Source: a virus (taxonomy: Duplodnaviria; Caudoviricetes). From it: DNA of 28,528 nt. Below the pieces are notes generated by a model, which did not search any database, was not told the origin of the DNA, and saw only the letters and a program-made list of their open reading frames with translations. Below are positions 15,459 through 24,185 of this stretch, in pieces (the stretch's first letter is position 1; each line of letters opens with the position of its first letter). The stretch lies in the IMG/VR virus record IMGVR_UViG_3300036982_000947, positions 1-28,528 of that record, one strand, 5' to 3'. The position numbers were made by a program, and so were the translations under genes.

Positions 15459-15911
15459 ATGAAAAACTATAAAAAAAAAGACAATGGATTTATTTATTTA
15501 ATATTTGATGGTAAATATTTTAAGATAGGTAAAACCGATAACCTTGAAGCAAGATTTAAAACTATAAAATCATCGAATATAAATTCAAAATTGATTGCTT
15601 CCAGTTACAGAACAAGAAAAAGTTTTATTGAAAATTATCTACATGCAAAGTTTAGAATATTCAGAAAGCAAGGTGAATGGTTTTTAATAAATGACTATAA
15701 AGAACTTGTAAAACTTTGGTTATCTTTTTCTACCTTTAATTATGATTTTGATGAAATTGCATCAATTAACTTCAATTGTGATATTAGCATAATTAAATTA
15801 TTAAGAGAATATTCTATGAAAGAACTTGAAAAAGAAAGCGATGAATTTTTAAGAGAAATGAATGCAGCCGAATCGGATGATATTGGAATATTTGGAAAAA
15901 AACTTATATAA
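15459..15911 (+). CDS. T5orf172/MUG113-like GIY-YIG domain protein
   Basis: GFIYLI..YFKIGKT..LEARF....SSN...ENYLHAKF...GEWF. Confidence 0.85.
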   Translation: MKNYKKKDNGFIYLIFDGKYFKIGKTDNLEARFKTIKSSNINSKLIASSYRTRKSFIENYLHAKFRIFRKQGEWFLINDYKELVKLWLSFSTFNYDFDEIASINFNCDISIIKLLREYSMKELEKESDEFLREMNAAESDDIGIFGKKLI

Positions 15912-15926
15912 AAATAATAAAAAACT

Positions 15927-16109
15927 ATGAAAAAAGATAAAGAAACATCGAAACTAAAACTTTTGCGAATAAATCGTGAAATACAAAAAATCGAAGGTTT
16001 TATTAAATATAATAATATAATTGGTGAAGGACCTGGCTCTTATGATGAAATATTAGCCGACTTAAAAATGAAGGCTCGAGATTTAAAACTAGAACAAATA
16101 TTGCTATAA
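15927..16109 (+). CDS. Hypothetical protein
   Basis: 60 aa with A-rich start region, ending at a terminator; C-terminal RDLKLEQILL. Confidence 0.7.
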   Translation: MKKDKETSKLKLLRINREIQKIEGFIKYNNIIGEGPGSYDEILADLKMKARDLKLEQILL

Positions 16110-16141
16110 AAAAAAGTGGTTCAGAAATGAACCACTTTTTT
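16108..16141. terminator. Bidirectional intrinsic terminator
   Basis: A8-gtggttca-gaaa-tgaaccac-T6 between convergent genes. Confidence 0.9.
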
Positions 16142-16154
16142 AATAATTATAAAA

Positions 16155-16364
16155 CTAAGCGATTTGATTTGCAATTCTATATTGAAATATAGAATTATAG
16201 GCTATTAGAATATCAAATTCATCTGTTGTGAATAAAGATTTGCAATCGATTAAAAAATCGTGTAAATAGTCATCGTCGTTTAAAATCGATTCTGAATAGC
16301 CGTAGTTATTTACAATTAAGATTGCTCTTTCTAAAAGAATTTTGAAAATGTTGATTTGTTCCAT
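16155..16364 (-). CDS. Hypothetical acidic protein
   Basis: 69 aa; A-rich leader on - strand, upstream TATATA palindrome, downstream bidirectional terminator. Confidence 0.7.
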   Translation of the reverse strand: MEQINIFKILLERAILIVNNYGYSESILNDDDYLHDFLIDCKSLFTTDEFDILIAYNSIFQYRIANQIA

Positions 16365-16394
16365 GGTTGCTGTTTTTGTTTTTATATCTTTCGA

Positions 16395-16551
16395 TTAATA
16401 TATATATTAAGTTTAAAAAGTGGTTTTTTGATTTTTCTATATTTTATTAAAAAAAAATAAAAAAAAAATTATTTTTTTTAGCTACCCTCAAAATTTTCAA
16501 AAAAACGAAGATTTAGAAAAAAGATATATATTTTATCTAATATATATATTA
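16395..16551. promoter_or_regulatory. Divergent control region bracketed by two TAATATATATATTA palindromes
   Basis: Identical 14-bp palindromes at 16396-16409 and 16538-16551; AAGATATATATT at 16521 also occurs at 14161. Confidence 0.6.
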
Positions 16552-16606
16552 TAAGATTAAAAGTTTAAGATTAATGTCTGTTTATTTATTCTAATTTGTG
16601 TGACTC

Positions 16607-16627
16607 GAGCCGGTGAAATTCCGGCTC
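16607..16627 (+). other. GC-rich hairpin in leader of 16649 gene
   Basis: gagccgg-tgaaatt-ccggctc, followed by tt and an A-run. Confidence 0.65.
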
Positions 16628-16648
16628 TTAAAAAAATAAAAAAAGAAG

Positions 16649-17038
16649 ATGACTAAAAAAGAAATAATAGAAAAGATTGAAAGGCAAGCAGGCTATATTG
16701 ATGCAGTTGATGCACTTTGCCTTATATCCGTTTTTACAGATGAATTTGGAATCGTTATGACTAAAATGGATAAAGAAGATGAATTGACGTGGATGTATAT
16801 GAAATTAAAAGGCTATAAAGAAAAAGATAAAACAAAATCTGCTAATTTCTTCGAGAGGAATAAATCTAAAATTTGTCGAGGTTGCAAAATTGAAAAGAAG
16901 CACTACGAGTTTAAGTCCTACTACTACAAAGATGTAAAAACCAGAAAATCTACTTGCATGGATTGTGACGCTAAATATAAAGATTTTTCTGATAACTGGC
17001 AGAAGTCAATAGAAGAAAAAATAAAAAAGATGAAATAG
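16649..17038 (+). CDS. Zinc-binding protein (CxxC...CxxC)
   Basis: KICRGCKIEK...EF...STCMDC treble-clef-like motif. Confidence 0.7.
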   Translation: MTKKEIIEKIERQAGYIDAVDALCLISVFTDEFGIVMTKMDKEDELTWMYMKLKGYKEKDKTKSANFFERNKSKICRGCKIEKKHYEFKSYYYKDVKTRKSTCMDCDAKYKDFSDNWQKSIEEKIKKMK

Positions 17039-17040
17039 TT

Positions 17041-17514
17041 ATGAATGAATTAGAAAAATTTGAAAAGCTGAAAGAACTCGGTTATATCTACGATAGGCAC
17101 ACAGGAATAGTTACTAGTCCGAAAGGAAAAGAAGTAAAAGCAAATAAATTAGGTTGGATTTATTTCGCCACTAAAATTAATAAAATCTATTATCAGACAT
17201 ACGTTCATCGTTACGGATTTTGGTTCATAACAGGTTTAATTCCTACACATATAGATCATATCAATAGAGTTCGACATGATAACAGGTTCGAAAATATAAG
17301 AGCCTCTGACTATATTCTTAACGGACAGAATAAGCCATCTACCTATAAAGGTTATATTAAAACTATTAATATTCATGATGGCGATAGATTTATGATTATA
17401 ACTATTAGAAATAATAAATTTCAAGTTTTAGGTAAATTTGATAGTGAAGAAGAAGTCGTTGAATTTAGGCAATATCTTAAAGATAATAAAAAATCATTAA
17501 CTAAAAATGTTTAA
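17041..17514 (+). CDS. HNH homing-type endonuclease
   Basis: HRYGFWFITG..P..IDHINRVRHDNRFENIR; degenerate AP2-like C-terminus (LGKFDSEEE). Confidence 0.85.
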   Translation: MNELEKFEKLKELGYIYDRHTGIVTSPKGKEVKANKLGWIYFATKINKIYYQTYVHRYGFWFITGLIPTHIDHINRVRHDNRFENIRASDYILNGQNKPSTYKGYIKTINIHDGDRFMIITIRNNKFQVLGKFDSEEEVVEFRQYLKDNKKSLTKNV

Positions 17515-17776
17515 CTGGGAATTATTATTGAATATCTTTTTAATAACATGGCTTTTTACGCATCATGATAAAATATCAGAGATTTTAGATAAATCTTATA
17601 TCTGGATTAAATCAAAATTCAAAAATAAAGTTATAGGTTTTATATTAGAAAATATACACGAGGTTTTAACTTGTCAAAAATGTTTAGCCTTCTGGACTAC
17701 TTTGATAATAACACAAAATATATTTGCTGCTATATTGATATCTTTCGCAGCTTATACTTTAGAAAAAAATAATTAA
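17507..17776 (+). CDS. Small membrane protein with CxxC (DUF1360-like)
   Basis: Hydrophobic helices and LTCQKCLAFW motif. Confidence 0.6.
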   Translation: MFNWELLLNIFLITWLFTHHDKISEILDKSYIWIKSKFKNKVIGFILENIHEVLTCQKCLAFWTTLIITQNIFAAILISFAAYTLEKNN

Positions 17777-17783
17777 AAAGAAT

Positions 17784-18962
17784 ATGAAAAACAAAACAAA
17801 ATTAATGTTAGGCGACAATATTGAAAGCCTTAAAAAACTACCAGCAAACTCAATTGATAGTGTTGTAACGGATGGACCCTACGGCCTCACATTCATGAAT
17901 AAAAAGTGGGATTATGATGTACCATCTGTTGAGTTCTGGAAAGAAGTATATAGAGTTCTAAAGCCGGGCGGACATGTTTTAAGTTTCGGTGGAACAAGAA
18001 CATATCATCGTATGGTAGTGAATATAGAAGACGCAGGTTTTGAGATTAGAGACCAGATTATGTGGATATACGGAAGTGGCTTTCCGAAATCATATAATAT
18101 AGGTAAATCAATACAAAATATAAATGAAAAAGGTAGTGCTAGTAATAATGGGAGTGGTGATAGTAGTAAAGGAAGTTCAGGATATACAAAAATGATTGTT
18201 GAGCAAGGCGCTAGACAAAGTGAAGGTAATAAATATAATACAAAAATGATTATAGATAATGAGTGGGAAGGTTTTGGAACTGCTCTCAAGCCAGCCAACG
18301 AACCTATATGTTTAGCGAGAAAACCTTTATCAGAAAAATCTGTTGCTGAAAATGTTTTGAAATGGAGAACAGGCGGAATTAATGTTGATGGATGTAGAGT
18401 TGGATATACAAGTGAAGCTGATAAAGAAAGTGCTAAACCAGGTTCATTAAATGCTACTGGTGAGAATAGTATGTTTGGATTAAAAAGTGGTAATCAACAG
18501 AATAGTGAAGGCAGATTTCCAGCCAACATAATATTCGATGAAGAAGCAGCTGAATTATTGGATGAGCAGAGTGGTGGAGCCTCACGATTTTTTTATCAAG
18601 CGAAAGTATCAAAAGCCGAAAGGAATATGGGTTTAGAAGGGTTTGAGGAAAAAGGTAAAGGTTGGTCTAATTATCTACCATCAACGACAAATGGAACTTC
18701 GGATGTAATTTATGAAAGAAGTACTACAACAAAGAATACACATCCTACGGTCAAGCCGATTAACCTTATGGCTTACCTATGTCGTTTAATTACGCCACCT
18801 AATGGAATAGTTTTAGACACCTTTATGGGTTCTGGTTCAACAGGAATAGCAGCACAATTAGAAGGGTTTAGATTTGTAGGTATGGAAATGGATGAAGATT
18901 ACTTTAAGATAGCTGAGGCAAGAATAGAAAACTTTGAAAAATATAAAAAATTTACAAAATAA
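17784..18962 (+). CDS. Orphan DNA methyltransferase (N6A/N4C, beta class)
   Basis: GDNIESLKKL..NSIDSVVTDGPYGL, RVLKPGG, HPTVKP, VLDTFMGSGSTG; catalytic motif precedes the SAM-binding motif. Confidence 0.9.
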   Translation: MKNKTKLMLGDNIESLKKLPANSIDSVVTDGPYGLTFMNKKWDYDVPSVEFWKEVYRVLKPGGHVLSFGGTRTYHRMVVNIEDAGFEIRDQIMWIYGSGFPKSYNIGKSIQNINEKGSASNNGSGDSSKGSSGYTKMIVEQGARQSEGNKYNTKMIIDNEWEGFGTALKPANEPICLARKPLSEKSVAENVLKWRTGGINVDGCRVGYTSEADKESAKPGSLNATGENSMFGLKSGNQQNSEGRFPANIIFDEEAAELLDEQSGGASRFFYQAKVSKAERNMGLEGFEEKGKGWSNYLPSTTNGTSDVIYERSTTTKNTHPTVKPINLMAYLCRLITPPNGIVLDTFMGSGSTGIAAQLEGFRFVGMEMDEDYFKIAEARIENFEKYKKFTK

Positions 18963-18964
18963 AT

Positions 18965-19174
18965 ATGATAGAATTAACTGAAATTGAATTAAAGTTCATT
19001 GAGAAAATGGATAGAACTAAAGTTCCGAATAAAATTGAGGCTAAGGCTTTGCAAGAATTATACGATAAAATCAAAGGAACTAAAACACCCTACAATTGCT
19101 TTTGTAGCTCTTCATCGAGAGAGAATTTCAAAAGAATATTTTTTAAGGTATATGAAGAATATAAATCTAAATAA
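18965..19174 (+). CDS. Hypothetical protein with CxC motif
   Basis: 69 aa abutting both neighbours; LYDKI...NCFCSS. Confidence 0.7.
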   Translation: MIELTEIELKFIEKMDRTKVPNKIEAKALQELYDKIKGTKTPYNCFCSSSSRENFKRIFFKVYEEYKSK

Positions 19175-19178
19175 TAAA

Positions 19179-19715
19179 ATGATAATGACTAAAAACCAGC
19201 TAGACAAAGATTTCATTAAAATTTATAGTTCAATAGATGAATATGCTACCAAAGCTATAAAATTTTTTAGAAGCAATATAGAAAAAGAATATCTTTTGAG
19301 TGAAGCCTATATTTATGTAGAAGAAAGAAAGATGTTGATAAGCAATATAAATATACTCGAGAGTTTTTGTAAAAACTTTATTAAAAAATCTATTATATGG
19401 AAGAATAGCAAAATAAATCGTGAATTAAAAAAGCAAATTCCATTTTCAGATTTAGAATCCATATCTTATCGATATACTACTACGAACGATCCGAACTATG
19501 ATGAATATTTAGATTTATTAACGGAGTTCAATAAAAATTTAAGTCCTTATGATAAAAGGTTATTTAATATTTGGTTCAATTTAGAATTAAAAACTGGCAA
19601 GAAAATTTCTGAATATTTAAAAATATCTTTAAGTTTAAGTTATCGAACTATTAAAGAGTGCAAAGAAATTGAAGAAAGATTTAAGAATTATATTCTGATA
19701 AAATCTATTCTATAA
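19179..19715 (+). CDS. Sigma-70/ECF-like transcription factor
   Basis: Start moved to ATG 19179 (or 19185); LLSEAYIY region-2-like segment and LSPYDKRLF...GKKISEYLKISLSLSYRTIK region-4 HTH; lies upstream of the terminase/late genes. Confidence 0.6.
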   Translation: MIMTKNQLDKDFIKIYSSIDEYATKAIKFFRSNIEKEYLLSEAYIYVEERKMLISNINILESFCKNFIKKSIIWKNSKINRELKKQIPFSDLESISYRYTTTNDPNYDEYLDLLTEFNKNLSPYDKRLFNIWFNLELKTGKKISEYLKISLSLSYRTIKECKEIEERFKNYILIKSIL

Positions 19716-19731
19716 AAATAATAATAAAACT

Positions 19732-20451
19732 ATGATTAATTGGCCCGCACCTACCTATGTTGGTGAAAAATATAGTTACAATAATAAAAGTTGGGAATGG
19801 AATGGCAAAGCTTGGGTAGCAATTTCATTTCAGCCGAACTTTATTCAGGAATTAGAAAGGTTGAATCAATTAATAGAAGAGCAAAATCAAAAAAATAATT
19901 TTAATTTTAATTTGATAGCTGGACTATATGATAAGATATTGGACTTAAATGAAGTTATTAACTTTTTAGTGAATAAGCACAAAAAACCTGATTATAGTTT
20001 ATGTGCTAAGCCTACGACAGAAGTAGCTATTGTTATTAAGCCGAGAATTAGAAGAAGCCATACAATATTCAAAGCAAAAAATATTTGTGAGCCTCAATTA
20101 GCAAATAAAAGCAACATGATTTGGCGAGATCATTGGAATACAAATAAAAATCAAATTCCTATTTTAGGCGTTGGTTCTTTCTATTCTAAAGTCGATAGAT
20201 TAGTAGATAATAACGGAAAAGATTTATGTGAATATCTACCAATACACTTTAATAAGAAAATAGACAATATAGTTTATGTAGGAATAGTCGGCTATGAATA
20301 TATTGGTTCTGGTTATGGAAAAGATGCAACTGCTTATCGATATATTTTAAAATATCAAATATACGATATATCGACTACTACTACGACAATATTTGACGGT
20401 TCTGTTTTTCTTTGGAAGAATATAGCCGATAATAAATTAACTACTATCTAA
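19732..20451 (+). CDS. Protein with fibre-type N-terminal module, coiled coil and unknown C-terminal domain
   Basis: MINWPAPTYVGEKYSYNNKSWEWNGKAW, shared with the 3749 and 5126 ORFs. Confidence 0.7.
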   Translation: MINWPAPTYVGEKYSYNNKSWEWNGKAWVAISFQPNFIQELERLNQLIEEQNQKNNFNFNLIAGLYDKILDLNEVINFLVNKHKKPDYSLCAKPTTEVAIVIKPRIRRSHTIFKAKNICEPQLANKSNMIWRDHWNTNKNQIPILGVGSFYSKVDRLVDNNGKDLCEYLPIHFNKKIDNIVYVGIVGYEYIGSGYGKDATAYRYILKYQIYDISTTTTTIFDGSVFLWKNIADNKLTTI

Positions 20452-20813
20452 TGGAAAATTTTTTAATAAGAGAATTAGATTTTTGCTTAATGCGACTTCC
20501 GAGTTGGCTCGACGCAAAGGACTACGATCAATATGCTTTATGGAAAAAGATTTACAAATGTAACCGTATATTAAAAAGATTGCTAGTAAATAACGTTTTG
20601 AATAAATTCGAAATAGATGATTTGGCTTTCGACTTTGATATTAACTATAAGAAGATAACCGATAGAAATTATGAATTCGACATAGCTGTATATTATGCCG
20701 GTTTATTTAATGAAATTATGGAAATAGTTTTAATAGAAGAGGAATATGCTATAGCAGCTAATATTAAAAATATTATCGATAGATATTTCAAAAATATAAT
20801 ATTTGATTTATGA
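20451..20813 (+). CDS. Hypothetical protein, UVR-like C-terminal helix pair
   Basis: Translationally coupled on both sides; EEEYAIAANIKN resembles the UvrB/C motif. Confidence 0.6.
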   Translation: MENFLIRELDFCLMRLPSWLDAKDYDQYALWKKIYKCNRILKRLLVNNVLNKFEIDDLAFDFDINYKKITDRNYEFDIAVYYAGLFNEIMEIVLIEEEYAIAANIKNIIDRYFKNIIFDL

Positions 20814-21181
20814 AAAAAAGATATAACCCCGAATTAAATAAAAAGAAGCTATTAGAAGCTTTAGAAAGAAATTTAGGAATAGTTACTGCTGCTTGTAAAG
20901 AAGTAGGATTATCAAGAAGTCAATTCTACGAATATTATAGAACTGATGAAGATTTTGCCAAAAAAAGCGATGATATAAGTGAAATAACTTTAGATTTTGC
21001 AGAAAGTCAGTTATTAAAAAAGATTAGTGAAGGCTCAGAACGTTCTATTTTATTTTATATGAAATACAAAGCAAGAAAAAGAGGTTATACAGAGAATATC
21101 GATATAACTACTAATGGCGAAAATATTAATAATATTCAAATTGAAATTATTAAGAAAAAAGATAACGATATAAATGAATAG
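20810..21181 (+). CDS. terS: Terminase small subunit
   Basis: HTH LGIVTAACKEVGLSRSQFY, DFAESQL, ILFYMK..KRGY, DITTNGE; overlaps the TerL start. Confidence 0.85.
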   Translation: MKKRYNPELNKKKLLEALERNLGIVTAACKEVGLSRSQFYEYYRTDEDFAKKSDDISEITLDFAESQLLKKISEGSERSILFYMKYKARKRGYTENIDITTNGENINNIQIEIIKKKDNDINE

Positions 21182-22358
21182 CACTTTAAATATCAAAGGC
21201 ACAATAGTTTTTGAAAAAAATTGGGAAGGACTAAATTCTGAAAAACGATTTATTAGAAATCAAGGAGGTAGCCGTTCTTCAAAAACCTATTCGATAATTC
21301 AGTGTTTAGTTTTATATTGTTTAAAAAACAAAAAGAAATTAGTCAGTGTGGTTCGAAAAACTGGACCTGCTTTAACTGCAACCTGTTATCGTGACTTTAT
21401 TGAAATATTAAAAGATTGGAACCTTTATTCAGAAGCTCAACACAATAAAAGTGAAAAGATATACACCTTTCCGAATAAAAGTCAAATTGAGTTCTTTAGC
21501 GTAGATAACGAACAAAAATTACGTGGTAGAAAAAGGGACTTATGTTGGTGCAATGAAGCTAATGAATTATTATACGATGATTTTCAACAGCTCAATTTAA
21601 GAACGTCAGAAAAATTAATAATTGACTATAACCCGTCAGATTCTGATAACTATGTATATCATCTACCTATTGAAAATGTTTATGATATACACTCGACATA
21701 TAAAGATAACCCGTTTTTAGAAGAAGCTATTATCGAACAAATAGAAGCCTATAAAACCACAGATGAAAGTTATTATCAAATATTTGCTTTAGGACAAAGA
21801 GCCTTTTCTAAAGAAAATGTATATAATAAGTGGGAAATAACAAAGAAGCCAGAATATCTGAATAGCTTTATTTATGGACTGGACTTTGGTTATTCGCATC
21901 CGACAGCTTTAATAAAGATTTGGTTCAACCCGAAAATGAAAGAATTATTTTTAGAAGAAGTTATTTACGAAAGCCACTTAACGTCACAAGATATTATATC
22001 GAAGATGAATGAAAGAGCAGTAGATAAATCGGCTACTATAATTAGTGAAACGGCTAGACCCGAAATTATAGCAGATTTAAGAAGAAGTGGATATAAAGTT
22101 ATTGAGGCAAATAAAAATGTAAAAGATGGATTAAATTGTGTAAAAACTTTCTTAATAAAAATATCAGAAAGTTCCTACAATATAATAAAAGAAAATGAGA
22201 ACTATAAATATAAAAAAATGAATGGCGTCGTAACTGAAGATATAGTGAAATTATACGACGATGCTATGGATGCAATTCGTTACGGTTCGATGTATATAAA
22301 GAAGTTTTTACTAAAAGAAGAAAGTTCTTCTTCAAAAATCTATAAATTTGATATTTAA
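21174..22358 (+). CDS. terL: Terminase large subunit, PBSX/SPP1-type
   Basis: QGGSRSSKT (Walker A), CNEANE (Walker B), DYNP, STYKDNPFL, GLDFG..HPTA, DDAMDAIRY. Confidence 0.95.
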   Translation: MNSTLNIKGTIVFEKNWEGLNSEKRFIRNQGGSRSSKTYSIIQCLVLYCLKNKKKLVSVVRKTGPALTATCYRDFIEILKDWNLYSEAQHNKSEKIYTFPNKSQIEFFSVDNEQKLRGRKRDLCWCNEANELLYDDFQQLNLRTSEKLIIDYNPSDSDNYVYHLPIENVYDIHSTYKDNPFLEEAIIEQIEAYKTTDESYYQIFALGQRAFSKENVYNKWEITKKPEYLNSFIYGLDFGYSHPTALIKIWFNPKMKELFLEEVIYESHLTSQDIISKMNERAVDKSATIISETARPEIIADLRRSGYKVIEANKNVKDGLNCVKTFLIKISESSYNIIKENENYKYKKMNGVVTEDIVKLYDDAMDAIRYGSMYIKKFLLKEESSSSKIYKFDI

Positions 22359-22360
22359 TT

Positions 22361-24184
22361 ATGGCAATAACTATTTTAGCAACTCCAGATAGAGTTCATC
22401 CAGGCTATAACCCAATTTACTATTATGTAGATTCGACAAATAAAAATCTACCTGGTTTTAGATATATTTTTCAGATAAAGTTATGTAACCCTCCTTATAC
22501 GATTTTGAGAGAGTTGAAAATTGCACCTAGACCTGGCGATGGTTATGGATATGCCGATTTATCAAAAATTATTCAAGATTATTTGACTAATGCTTTCGAT
22601 ATAGCTAACAACAGTTATATTGATGCGGATCAGAATTCAGCTTTTGAATATCAAGTCGATTTTGGTGAAGAATATATTGAAAGTTATGAATTATATACAG
22701 CTTTCAATACAGGCTTAACTGCTGCTCCTGGTGCTCCAGCTAATTCTACTTTAATAACTGGTACTAATTCGATGCCTTTCATAGTAGGTGATCAGGTTTA
22801 TGTAGATATAGATTCTGGTTATATTGATTGCCGTGCAGGAATAGAAGGATTTTGGACGGTTACAGGTGCTGCACCTGGTTTTGGTTTAATAGTTATCAAC
22901 TATAATACTTTTTGTGTAGGCTCTCAAAATATAACTAACTCTCTTATTAGATATGCTGATAATAGAAAGATAAGAGTTACAGGTTTATCGTCTTCTACCT
23001 GTGGCGTTGCTTTCAATAGAGCTTATAGCTTTTTACAATTTGTAGAATACGTCGAAACTGATATTATTTGTGTTGATACTAATTCGCAAATATTGACTAA
23101 TGCGCCATATGATAATTTCTATATTTATCCGTGGCAAAATCTTTGGTGGAATTTTTTTGATGATATAACTAATAATGTAGGAACTATACTATTCGAAAAT
23201 CCAGATGGTACAAGATTTATATTAGACACCTGTGCTTTAGGCACTATTCCTTATATAAAGCAAGTTGATGTGTCGCCAAATGCCGACGCTATATTTTATT
23301 CAGGTACTACTGGTAGCTCTATTGGTGACGGTGGTTCTTATACGGTTACGGCTGTAAATAATTGCTTATGTGGATTTCCTGAAAGCTTAACTATAATTTA
23401 TGATGAAGGAAGTGGAACTGTAGTTCAAGATTTAATTCCGAGTGGAATATATGATGGATTTTATTTTTATATTTTCTTTGGTTCTACTACTATATGGTGT
23501 TTATGGTACGATTCTGGTTCGACTGCTTATGTCGTAACAGATTCTTTAGGTTCTACTGCTGTCCTTGCAGTTCAAGGAAATATCGCACCAGCCTTTCCGC
23601 CTTATGTGCCTGTAGGTACAACGACAGGCGGTGAATGGATTCCACAAGCACCTTGGACTAATTTTGAAACTAGTGTGTGCGTACCTGATTTAACAGTTCC
23701 AAATTTTACATCTGAAACAAGAACGATTTATATTCAAGATAGATGTCCGATAAATGAGACACAAATAGTTTTTATGGACCGTGCTGGTTCCTGGAGTTCT
23801 TTTGCTTTTTCTTTAAGAGAGAAAAAAAACATAACCTCTGAAAAGAAAAATTATAGAAAGGAATTTGGAAATTTAGATCAAAGTTTAACTCCTGATAAAT
23901 GGACTTATCAAAAAACAGAAGCTGGTGAAGTAACTTATGCTGTGACTACTGAAAAAACTTTGAGCCTGCAAACGGATTGGATGAGCGGTGAAATGTCGCA
24001 ATATTTTCAGGAATTAATAACTAGTCCTGAAGTTTATCTTCAGTCGCCAGATGAGACATCGAATAAATATGTGCGAGTTATCGTTTTAAATAATTCGATG
24101 GAAATTCAAAGAAGTAAAAATAAAAAACTAATTAACTACACAATTCAAGTGAAATTCGCAGTAAATGAAAATATAAATATTTAA
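22361..24184 (+). CDS. Tail-tip (distal tail-like) structural protein
   Basis: 607 aa beta-rich; P.YNPI.Y, FRYIF and C-terminal FMDRAGSWSSF, LQTDW..ELITSPEVYL motifs. Confidence 0.6.
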   Translation: MAITILATPDRVHPGYNPIYYYVDSTNKNLPGFRYIFQIKLCNPPYTILRELKIAPRPGDGYGYADLSKIIQDYLTNAFDIANNSYIDADQNSAFEYQVDFGEEYIESYELYTAFNTGLTAAPGAPANSTLITGTNSMPFIVGDQVYVDIDSGYIDCRAGIEGFWTVTGAAPGFGLIVINYNTFCVGSQNITNSLIRYADNRKIRVTGLSSSTCGVAFNRAYSFLQFVEYVETDIICVDTNSQILTNAPYDNFYIYPWQNLWWNFFDDITNNVGTILFENPDGTRFILDTCALGTIPYIKQVDVSPNADAIFYSGTTGSSIGDGGSYTVTAVNNCLCGFPESLTIIYDEGSGTVVQDLIPSGIYDGFYFYIFFGSTTIWCLWYDSGSTAYVVTDSLGSTAVLAVQGNIAPAFPPYVPVGTTTGGEWIPQAPWTNFETSVCVPDLTVPNFTSETRTIYIQDRCPINETQIVFMDRAGSWSSFAFSLREKKNITSEKKNYRKEFGNLDQSLTPDKWTYQKTEAGEVTYAVTTEKTLSLQTDWMSGEMSQYFQELITSPEVYLQSPDETSNKYVRVIVLNNSMEIQRSKNKKLINYTIQVKFAVNENINI

Positions 24185-24185
24185 G

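Noticed and set aside
16585-16600. Bacteroidota sigma-A -7 element near ctaatttg
   Set aside because: Spacing is TA-n-TTTG rather than TA-nn-TTTG, and there is no upstream TTTG at the expected distance.
18999-19178. N-terminal extension of the sigma-like ORF from TTG 18999
   Set aside because: It overlaps the 18965-19174 gene almost entirely; ATG 19179 follows that gene's stop with an A-rich leader.
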